From an uncultured Burkholderiaceae bacterium (GTDB taxonomy: Bacteria > Pseudomonadota > Gammaproteobacteria > Burkholderiales > Burkholderiaceae_F): a stretch of DNA of 58,000 bases. How positions within the stretch are numbered: the first letter of the stretch is position 1; every line of letters starts with the position of its first letter. Both the position numbers and the translations under genes were made by a program. Positions 48,235 to 56,125 of the stretch are shown one piece after another. The notes under the pieces are model-generated. The model was not told the DNA's origin. It did not search any database and saw only the letters and a program-made list of their open reading frames with translations. The stretch spans positions 1-58,000 of the forward strand of contig CAZKNV010000001.1 in the NCBI GenBank assembly GCA_964554145.1, written 5' to 3'.

Positions 48235-51200
48235 TGGAGAGGACACAGACCATGCGGCGTTCGCTATTGGCAGCTCTGGTTGCAGTTGCATCGGCGGGAA
48301 TTGCTAGCGGCGGCTGGGCGCAGGACCCGATTGGGCAGTCGACATTGACCGATCGCGGTCCGCGGTTTTTGATGGCCACCGCGCGGGAGACGGTGGAGCT
48401 GGATGTGTCGCGAACGCCGGTGCTTCGGCGGCGGGTCTCGATAGACATGCGGCAGGCGCCACTACGCACCGCGCTCGACGCGATCGCTCGCCAAGCGGGG
48501 CTCAACCTCACCTTCAGCCCGGACATTGTGAACATAGAAGCGCTCGTCACGCTTGAGGCGAAGAATCTCACGGTTGCGGCCGCGCTGACCGAAGTCCTCA
48601 TCGGCATGCGTCTAGATGTAGTGCTGTCCCCGAGTGGGCAACTGAGCCTGGTGCGTCAGCCAAGGCCGCAGGCCGTTGGTGTCGTGACGGGACGCGTCAC
48701 TGACTCGACGGCGAACGAAGGGATCGCGGGAGTGCGCGTGTCGGTGGATGGTACGCGCCTCGCGGCGACAACTGGCCTCAATGGGAATTATACGGTCCGC
48801 GGAGTCCTAGCCGGGAGCCGGACGATTACCGCGCGGAAGCTCGGTTACCGCACACACTCTCGGACGGTGCCGGTCGCGGACAACGGCACAGCAAACGTGG
48901 ACTTCGTGCTCGCGCACGCTCCCACCGTGTTGTCGGAGATCGTGGTGACGCCGACAGGTGATCGGCAACGCTTCGAAGTGGGGAATGCCATAGGCACGAT
49001 CAGAGCCGATTCAGTCGTGTCCATGATGCTGATTCGCAACATGAGCGATCTGCTGACGGCAAGAATGCCCGGGGTGGTTGTATCAAATACCACCGGCGCA
49101 GTTGGCGCACCATCGAAGGTCCGCGTTCGCGGCATCAACAGCATCAGTCTCAACAACGATCCCATCATTATCCTCGATGGCATGCGGTTGAATGCGACCG
49201 TCACCGTTGCCGCATCGCAGATGAACATTGGCGAAGGGGTAATTCCCGTCGCGCGCTCGGTCTCCAACAGGAACAGCCTGGGCAGTCCCACGCCGTCGCG
49301 GCTGGATGACATCGACCCGAATACCATTGAGTCAATCGACATCCTCCGAGGCCCGTCAGCAGCCAGCCTGTATGGAACGGAGGCGGCGAATGGCGTGATA
49401 GTCATCAAGACTAAGCAAGGCAAAGCAGCTAGCCGGCTGCGCTACAGCTTGCTGGCAGACCACGGATGGTCACGCCCAGCTGGTAGATTTGTCGAGCCAT
49501 GGATGAGTTGGGGTGCGTGGCCCAACGGCAACAGCGGCGATGGATGCTTTCTGTGGGTGGCCGCGTCGGGTGGGTGCAGGCTCGACAGTCTCAGCCACTT
49601 CAATCCCGCGAACGATCCGCAGATGACGACGGTCGGCGTGGGTACCGCCAAGAACGTCAGCGCCAGTTTGTCCGGGGGTACAGAGCATCTGAGCGAATAT
49701 GTCTCGTTGCGCTATTCAGACAATGTCGGGATGACCAAGATGTCGGCTGTGGAGCAGCGCCGCATCGCGCGGATGTGGTCATCACCGGTACCGTTCTGGA
49801 TGCGGCGGCCGAATACCTCAATGGATGTCAACGGCTCGTCGCGTACGAACTTTACCGTTGGTCCAAAGTTGAAGGTCGCACTCAGCGCGAATGGCGTGTA
49901 TCGAGACGTCTTGAGTGGGTCCTCAGGACTCTCACGCAGCACATTCTCGTTAGGGAACAACGTCGCTCTGGGGTCGTGGGACACACTGCGGTACCTGCCG
50001 TCGGAGCGTCAGCGAGGGAAACAATCGTCGTTGGCCAAGCGCGCATTCGTCTCGGCGAATGCCAACTACGTGCCTACACCCTGGCTATCGTTTCGCGGCA
50101 CGGTGGGCGGCGACTACACGCTCCGAACACACGAGTCTCTTGTACGTGCAACGGAATGCACCGTCGAGCTGGCGCCGTTGACGGGGTGTGTGAGTGGCCG
50201 AATCACCGATCGTGCCGAAACGTGGATGACGACCATGGATCTGGGGGCGCAGTTCACGTTCACACCCCGGCCCTGGCTGACTACCCGAACGGCCGTCGGT
50301 GAGCAATTCAACAGCACTAAATTCTATTCATTGCGCGCGGGCAACAACAACTTCAGCACCAACCTCGGGTTCGGCACGGAACTGCTCACGCCTACCCCAG
50401 TTCCCACGAGCGGTAGCCCCCAGGTTTTTGAGATAACCGAGAGCCGCGACGAAGCCGCGACGGCCGGTTGGTACCTCGAGCAGATGGCGGGCATCAGAGA
50501 GCGACTGTTCATTACGGCCGCACTACGCCAGGATGCCGCCAGCGCCTTCGGCGCAACTGTCAACAGAAACCTTCCGGTCTATCCCAAGTTCAGCCTTTCG
50601 TGGCTCGTCTCGAACGAGCCGTTTTTCCCCTTCCAGAATCTGATTTCTAGTTTGCGACTGCGCACAGCATACGGGCATTCCGGGAACCAGGCTTCACAGA
50701 CCGCAGTTCTCGCCAACTACATACAAGGGAGCGCCGTTATCAACGGAATTATCTCTCCAGCCATCGTTCAGAACAGCATTGGCAATCCGGACCTCAAGCC
50801 GGAGCGCTCGACGGAGTGGGAGGGTGGGTTTGACCTCTCTATGTTCAGCAACGAGCGGGTGCACGTCGAGGCGAGCCTGTATCGCAAGCTGAGCCGGGAC
50901 GCGATTGTATCGATCCCTCTTCCAGCGTCCTATGGGACGATGCCCCGGCTGGTTCAATGGTTCAGTCAGTCGCAGCTGCGGAATATCGGATCAGTCGAGA
51001 ACCGCGGAGTGGAAGTGTCGGTAGCGGCAAAGCTCCTCGATGCTCGTTCGTTTGGCTGGGACCTGCAAGTCAGCATGGCGCAGAACAAAAACAAGCTTGT
51101 CAGCAGCGGGATCACTGACGAATTCTTTCAAACCAGAGGATTTGTCGTAGGCTATCCGATCTTTGCAGGTTTTGGTAGAGCCGTCGCCTCATATGCGGAT

Positions 51201-51770
51201 GCCGACGGCGACGGCATTATCTCGCGGGATGAGATCGTCATGTCCGCCGGAAGTCCAGGCGTCCCACGTAGCCTAACCTACGTGGGTGCCCCCTATCCCC
51301 GCAGCGAAGTCACCTGGGACAACGGGTTCACATTCCTCTCCGGTGCATTCCGTCTTGGTGCTAAGATCGACCAGGTAAACGGGTTGACCCAACGAGCGGC
51401 GGAGAACGGCGGCCTCATCATTCAACGCTGCTCCTCTGACAAGACTTGCACGTTGGCACAGCAAGCCGCGGCGGTCGGGTGGAGCATGGGCAGCTTTGGA
51501 CCGGAGGGCGTCGAAGCAACAGTCATAAGGCTCTCGGAGTTGTCAGCCACATATCGGCTGCCGTTAGCAATCGCGAAGCGATACTTACGTGCGCAAGGAG
51601 CACAAGCGACGCTCGCCGGACGCAATCTCGGAGTGTGGTCGAACTACCTCTGGGGAGATCCGAACCTGGATTCGTTTGTATCTCCAACGATGACCGAGAC
51701 CGCTGTAGATGATGGATCCGCCATCGCGCAACCGCGGAGCTGGACGGTCCGCATCCAAGTGGAGTTCTGA
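48234..51770 (+). CDS. SusC/RagA-like TonB-dependent receptor with STN and CarboxypepD_reg domains
   Basis: 1178 aa with STN (IDMRQAPLRTALDAIARQAGLNLTF), GRVTDSTANEGIAGVRVSV, a plug (ASLYGTEAANGVIVIKTKQG) and a C-terminal F. Paralogue of 2303-5662. Confidence 0.9.
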   Translation: MERTQTMRRSLLAALVAVASAGIASGGWAQDPIGQSTLTDRGPRFLMATARETVELDVSRTPVLRRRVSIDMRQAPLRTALDAIARQAGLNLTFSPDIVNIEALVTLEAKNLTVAAALTEVLIGMRLDVVLSPSGQLSLVRQPRPQAVGVVTGRVTDSTANEGIAGVRVSVDGTRLAATTGLNGNYTVRGVLAGSRTITARKLGYRTHSRTVPVADNGTANVDFVLAHAPTVLSEIVVTPTGDRQRFEVGNAIGTIRADSVVSMMLIRNMSDLLTARMPGVVVSNTTGAVGAPSKVRVRGINSISLNNDPIIILDGMRLNATVTVAASQMNIGEGVIPVARSVSNRNSLGSPTPSRLDDIDPNTIESIDILRGPSAASLYGTEAANGVIVIKTKQGKAASRLRYSLLADHGWSRPAGRFVEPWMSWGAWPNGNSGDGCFLWVAASGGCRLDSLSHFNPANDPQMTTVGVGTAKNVSASLSGGTEHLSEYVSLRYSDNVGMTKMSAVEQRRIARMWSSPVPFWMRRPNTSMDVNGSSRTNFTVGPKLKVALSANGVYRDVLSGSSGLSRSTFSLGNNVALGSWDTLRYLPSERQRGKQSSLAKRAFVSANANYVPTPWLSFRGTVGGDYTLRTHESLVRATECTVELAPLTGCVSGRITDRAETWMTTMDLGAQFTFTPRPWLTTRTAVGEQFNSTKFYSLRAGNNNFSTNLGFGTELLTPTPVPTSGSPQVFEITESRDEAATAGWYLEQMAGIRERLFITAALRQDAASAFGATVNRNLPVYPKFSLSWLVSNEPFFPFQNLISSLRLRTAYGHSGNQASQTAVLANYIQGSAVINGIISPAIVQNSIGNPDLKPERSTEWEGGFDLSMFSNERVHVEASLYRKLSRDAIVSIPLPASYGTMPRLVQWFSQSQLRNIGSVENRGVEVSVAAKLLDARSFGWDLQVSMAQNKNKLVSSGITDEFFQTRGFVVGYPIFAGFGRAVASYADADGDGIISRDEIVMSAGSPGVPRSLTYVGAPYPRSEVTWDNGFTFLSGAFRLGAKIDQVNGLTQRAAENGGLIIQRCSSDKTCTLAQQAAAVGWSMGSFGPEGVEATVIRLSELSATYRLPLAIAKRYLRAQGAQATLAGRNLGVWSNYLWGDPNLDSFVSPTMTETAVDDGSAIAQPRSWTVRIQVEF

Positions 51771-51775
51771 CTAAG

Positions 51776-53185
51776 ATGAGAATCAGGAAGAAAAAGAAAC
51801 TGGGGGCGAGGTATTTTCGCTTCGCCGGATTGGGACTCGGTCTGCTGACGGCATGCAATCCTAGCACCATGGTGGACGTGGAGCCGCCAAATACAGTAGT
51901 GGATGAAAGCACGGTCACGACCGCCGTCGGCGCAATCCAGTTCTACAACGGAGCGCGCCAGACGTTCGCGTTCGCGCTCGGCGGACCCAGTAACCCCGGT
52001 GCTTATGTCCTGAACGTCGGGCTGACGACCGACGAGCTGATGACGATTCAAGCGCTTCCGCTCGGAGTTATCGGCGATACGCGAACCGGGAATGCTCGGC
52101 ATGTCGCTTTCGGCTTCAACTACGGCGATGCCTTCTCATTGTACAACGTGCCGCGGATAAAAGCACGCCAGGCGCGCGAGGCATTGCGACGGTATGCACC
52201 GAATGCTCCAACGGCGCTGCAGGGAGAACTGTACGCGCTGGAGGGCTTTGCCATCGTCTGGCTTGCGGAGCTTTTTTGCTCGGGCGTTCCGCTGAGCGAG
52301 GTGCCGCTGAACGGCGCTCCGGTGCCCACGCCGGGATTCTCCACGCAGCAGATGTTCGAGCGTGCGGCCACGCTCTTTGACACCGCCATGACGCTGGGCG
52401 CCGATAGCAGCAGAGCGGTAAACCTCGCGAAAATCGGCAAGGGACGAGCACTGCTTGGCCTGGGACGCTTTGCTGAAGCCGCTGCTGCGGTTCAGGGGGT
52501 TCCGTCCGACTTCATCTACAATGCCGAATTTGCCCTCGCGATTGGATTGTTTAATTGGGTCGGATTGGCCTACTTCTTCAATCAAGTTGTCGATGGCGAG
52601 GGGGGTAACGGCTTGGTCTGGTCCAGCGATCCGCGGACCGGCGTTATGACTACCCCTGCTACTTCGCCGCTGAGAGTCACAGCAAAGTACTCTCGGACGA
52701 AAGCCGGAACCTTGGACGCTTCAGCCGGGATTCCGGATAATCCTATCCGCGTGGCGGATGGGCTCGAGGCGCGCCTTATCGAGGCGGAAGCGGCACTCGC
52801 TGCCGGCGATCCGGGTTGGCTTACGATCCTGAATACGTTGCGCGGCACATGCATAGGTAGCTCGCCCTGCGCGCCAGTCCCAGGACTGACGGCGGCCTCG
52901 CTGCCGCCGCTGGCTGATCCGGGGAGCGCTGCTGCACGTCTCGATCTGCTCATGCAGGAGCGAGCAATGTGGCTCTTCGTGACCGGACACCGGCAGGGAG
53001 ACCTGCGACGGCTCGCGAGAATTTACAATCGCGATCCGGCCACGCTCTGGCCTACAGGGACATACGTAAATCCCCGAAGTAGCAGCAACGGCACCTCCTA
53101 TGGTTCCGATGTCGTCTGGCAGTTGGGTAAACCGGCGGAATCCGGCAATCCTCTCTGGAGCGGATGCGACAATGTGGAGCCGTGA
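51776..53185 (+). CDS. SusD/RagB-like outer-membrane lipoprotein
   Basis: 469 aa with a lipobox (GLGLLTAC). Paralogue of 5684-6949. Confidence 0.8.
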   Translation: MRIRKKKKLGARYFRFAGLGLGLLTACNPSTMVDVEPPNTVVDESTVTTAVGAIQFYNGARQTFAFALGGPSNPGAYVLNVGLTTDELMTIQALPLGVIGDTRTGNARHVAFGFNYGDAFSLYNVPRIKARQAREALRRYAPNAPTALQGELYALEGFAIVWLAELFCSGVPLSEVPLNGAPVPTPGFSTQQMFERAATLFDTAMTLGADSSRAVNLAKIGKGRALLGLGRFAEAAAAVQGVPSDFIYNAEFALAIGLFNWVGLAYFFNQVVDGEGGNGLVWSSDPRTGVMTTPATSPLRVTAKYSRTKAGTLDASAGIPDNPIRVADGLEARLIEAEAALAAGDPGWLTILNTLRGTCIGSSPCAPVPGLTAASLPPLADPGSAAARLDLLMQERAMWLFVTGHRQGDLRRLARIYNRDPATLWPTGTYVNPRSSSNGTSYGSDVVWQLGKPAESGNPLWSGCDNVEP

Positions 53186-53249
53186 CCTACCGCTACTTCT
53201 AACGCAATCCCTGAGATCCGATCAGCTCAACTGCCATGAGGATGCGAGT

Positions 53250-54365
53250 ATGCACGCTACTATGAGAACCTATGGCGCGGTCGCTGCACTGGCCGTCCTC
53301 GTAACTGGTTGCGTTGGCGACCCGGGTGCACTGACAGGAACAACACTGCCGGACCAAACGATCGGTGCGGTCGTCGCTTCACCTCCGGTGGCAATTCTCG
53401 CGGTTGGGGGAACGCAGCAGCTGAGCATCACCGCGCTATCGCTCACGGGAACACCGATAACGAGCTTCGACAGCGTTCGCTACTTCCTGCAGGCGCCTGG
53501 CGACTCGCTGAAGGTCCGTCTTGACGCCATCTCTGGTGTGCTGACGGGCAGAGCTCCATCCAGCTCGGATATCCGTATCAATGTGATCGCGTGGCAGAAC
53601 CGTGCACTCAAAGGCGATCAAATTCTCGCCCAGGTTACCGCTACCTCAATCTCTGGGGCAACGCTCTCCATTCAACCGGTGGCACCCGACAGCGCCAGGC
53701 TCGCGAGCGGCACGCCAAAGACAATCCGGCCAGTTATTCGCGATCCAGGAACCGGTGTGAGCATCTCGAATCCGGTCATGCGCTACACTGTAAGGGCGTC
53801 GGACGTGGACAAGATGCGAGTTTATGACCCTACAATTTCTGTTGGAAGTACCCTGGCAAGGGTCTCGAAGGATTTCTCCTCCTTGGGAACGAATCAGATC
53901 ATGCCCCTCCTCGGCGAGGGATCGGCGTGGGTATTCGCCACTGTGAACGCATACGGGACCCTGTTGCGAGATAGCGTGTTCTACACGTTCAGCTATCCCT
54001 ACACTGCTACTGTTGCCAGCACCAATACTGACATTTCCGGCGAAAACACGCTCGTTATGACTAGTACTGCTTCGGGGCAGACGTTCATTCTTGCTCCGGG
54101 CGCGACGGTGACCTTTCAGAACTCGGCGGCGACAGCGAGCGCGATCACGATGGTGTACACGTTCGACAATCCCGCCGGAGCAACTGATGCGGTCCCGGCG
54201 TCATCGACGGGGGGAGCTTCAGGAAATGTTACCACACTTGCCACGAACCAAAGCTCGCGGCGGCGATTCCTGACGGCCGGCACCTATCGGTGGACGATGA
54301 CTGTCACTGCCGGCAAGTCGCCGTGGAACGGTCAGAAGCTAACGGGAACGATCGTCGTCAGATAG
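53250..54365 (+). CDS. Lipoprotein with Big_2-like Ig repeats and a cupredoxin-like (ligand-less) C-terminal module
   Basis: The start MHATMRTYGAVAALAVLVTGC has a lipobox. Contains the Big_2 hallmark AVGGTQQLSITA and a C-terminal AGTYRWTMTV...GTIVV. Confidence 0.7.
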   Translation: MHATMRTYGAVAALAVLVTGCVGDPGALTGTTLPDQTIGAVVASPPVAILAVGGTQQLSITALSLTGTPITSFDSVRYFLQAPGDSLKVRLDAISGVLTGRAPSSSDIRINVIAWQNRALKGDQILAQVTATSISGATLSIQPVAPDSARLASGTPKTIRPVIRDPGTGVSISNPVMRYTVRASDVDKMRVYDPTISVGSTLARVSKDFSSLGTNQIMPLLGEGSAWVFATVNAYGTLLRDSVFYTFSYPYTATVASTNTDISGENTLVMTSTASGQTFILAPGATVTFQNSAATASAITMVYTFDNPAGATDAVPASSTGGASGNVTTLATNQSSRRRFLTAGTYRWTMTVTAGKSPWNGQKLTGTIVVR

Positions 54366-54550
54366 AAGCGGATGCTCACAAGCATTGTTGACCTGGCTCG
54401 CAACCATTTGTAGGGCGGGGACGTTCGGTGTCGCCAGGGCACCGTCGACTCTGCGGCGCTCGGACGAACTGCCCTGAGCCTCCTCAAGCGATCATCGGAT
54501 CCGGGAATACGAATGTCGCGTTTCACAATGCTGCTTCAGGCTTGGATGGG

Positions 54551-54967
54551 ACCTTCCGACGCTATGGTTCGGCGGGGACACGCCATCCGTCAGCGTCGCG
54601 CCCGATGAGCTGCTCGCCTTCCTGGGCACGTCACCGCACGTCACCGCACGTCACCGCACGTCACCGTACGTCACCGCACGTCACCGCGTCCACGCTGCAT
54701 GCCTTACGGGAAGATATCAAGCACCCATTAAATTGGCGGCGGCATGCAGTTGATAACAGGGTGAATACTGCGGAGTACACGAAGGCGGTGCTCATGACGG
54801 TTGCGGCAGAAGTCGGTTCGGCCCCGGAATCGGCGGCAGCCGGACGGCTCGAGGGGGTCTCTCGCGGCCTCGCGTCGTTAGCGCAGCAGGTGGAGACAAT
54901 CGTCAACAAGCGGATGGCCGCGCTTCGCCCGCGAGACTGGCGCGCGAGCATGCGGAGGTCGAGTTGA
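54551..54967 (+). pseudogene. ORF-A' : decayed C-terminal fragment of a second ORF-A copy
   Basis: Homologous to 44003-44718 but with a ~214-bp deletion (44053-44266), a 10-bp repeat expansion, and an 82-bp frameshifting deletion (44554-44635). It lacks the N-terminal ~250 codons. Confidence 0.7.
54627..54686 (+). repeat. Tandem 10-bp repeat, 6 units (CACGTCACCG; fifth unit TACGTCACCG)
   Basis: Read directly from the sequence. The homologous site in copy 1 (44283-44302) has only two imperfect units (CACGTCGCCG CACGTCATCG). Confidence 0.9.
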
Positions 54968-54992
54968 TGCTGGCAGCGCTGATCGGTGCCGA

Positions 54993-55823
54993 ATGGCGGA
55001 AGACCTCGTAAAGCTGCGTGGGACGGACATCACCGTGTTCCGGCGCATGCCGGGAGAATCCTGGCGCGTGGACCGGGATGGGGTGAGCGCCGTGACCGCC
55101 GGGCTCAAGTCGCTAAGCTACGACGAGGTTGAGCGACCGTGCCAGGTGGACGACGCACTCCGGAGCTATCTGCGCGACATCGAGCATTTCGCGCCGGGGC
55201 AGATACCGAGTGCGATGGGGGCGCTTGCCGAAGCGCTCGGTCGCGGACAGGCGCCGCTCCCTGGCGAGAGGCTGGAGGCGCTAGGAGAGCCAAGCTTCGA
55301 CCGCTACGGGTACGGACGCGACGAGGAGCCCGACGTCTTGCGCGGCGAACGCGCATCCCTGCGCGAAATCGAGGTTCTCGTTCGCGAAGACCTGAAGCTG
55401 CATCCGAACACCGTGGCACTGCGGCCATTGGTGGGGACGACGGCCAATGCCGCAAAGGCGTGCTGGCACTACGGCATGTGGGGGATCTATCGCCGCGACA
55501 CGACCTGGCGCACGAGCGAGCTCTTTGCCGTGTACGGACATGTGAAGGGCGGGTTCGGCGGCGAGGCGTGGCACGACGTTCGGAGTGAAGACCGCGATGC
55601 GTGGGACGGGTGGCGTCCGAGCTTGCGCGACTTTCAAACAGTACGGTGCGCGATGACGGGACGAGTGCTGTATGAGTGGGGAGATCGCACGGACGTACTC
55701 GATCCACTGAGCGAAGACCTCTTCGTGGCGGGTCCGAGGAAGATCGAGGGGCCTGGGGAGTTGGATGAAGTCCTACTCGCCGACGATCCCGTAGAGAGGC
55801 CGGCGCTCAGAGTGTGGAGGTAG
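54993..55823 (+). CDS. ORF-B copy 2 (276 aa), intact
   Basis: The translation is identical to 44700-45530 except for one residue (E->D near the C-terminus). The overlapping-frame ORFs are also letter-identical. Confidence 0.65.
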   Translation: MAEDLVKLRGTDITVFRRMPGESWRVDRDGVSAVTAGLKSLSYDEVERPCQVDDALRSYLRDIEHFAPGQIPSAMGALAEALGRGQAPLPGERLEALGEPSFDRYGYGRDEEPDVLRGERASLREIEVLVREDLKLHPNTVALRPLVGTTANAAKACWHYGMWGIYRRDTTWRTSELFAVYGHVKGGFGGEAWHDVRSEDRDAWDGWRPSLRDFQTVRCAMTGRVLYEWGDRTDVLDPLSEDLFVAGPRKIEGPGELDEVLLADDPVERPALRVWR

Positions 55824-55933
55824 TCGCCGCGGGAGCCGGAAGGTCAAGCCAGCAGGTCGTAGTTGACGCTTGTCGGCGATCATGTCCTCACCGAGTTTAA
55901 CAATAGTAGCTATATTATCCCCATTATTTCATT

Positions 55934-56125
55934 TTCGTCGACGGCAGCAAACGCTCGGCGTTCATGGCTACGTACGTCTTTCTCGACATCAATGGCTTCG
56001 ACATAGATGCGACCGAGCCGGAAGTGGTCGACGTCATGAAGTGCGTAGCGAGCAACAGGATCATGGAGGCGGCGCTGGCGACTTGGCTCCGAAGTTCTCT
56101 AACCGGCCTTGCAGAAACCTCCTAA
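55934..56125 (+). pseudogene. doc C-terminal remnant (antitoxin and 5' half of doc deleted)
   Basis: FVDGSKRSAFMATYVFLDINGFDIDATEPEVVDVMK aligns to Doc residues from the Fic motif onward. The upstream TA promoter region (TTTAACAATAGTAGCTATATTATCCCCATTATTTCATT) is joined directly to it. Confidence 0.7.

Noticed and set aside
54627-54686. Possible CRISPR array
   Set aside because: The 10-bp units are directly abutting with no spacers. That is far too short for CRISPR repeats, and no cas genes are present.
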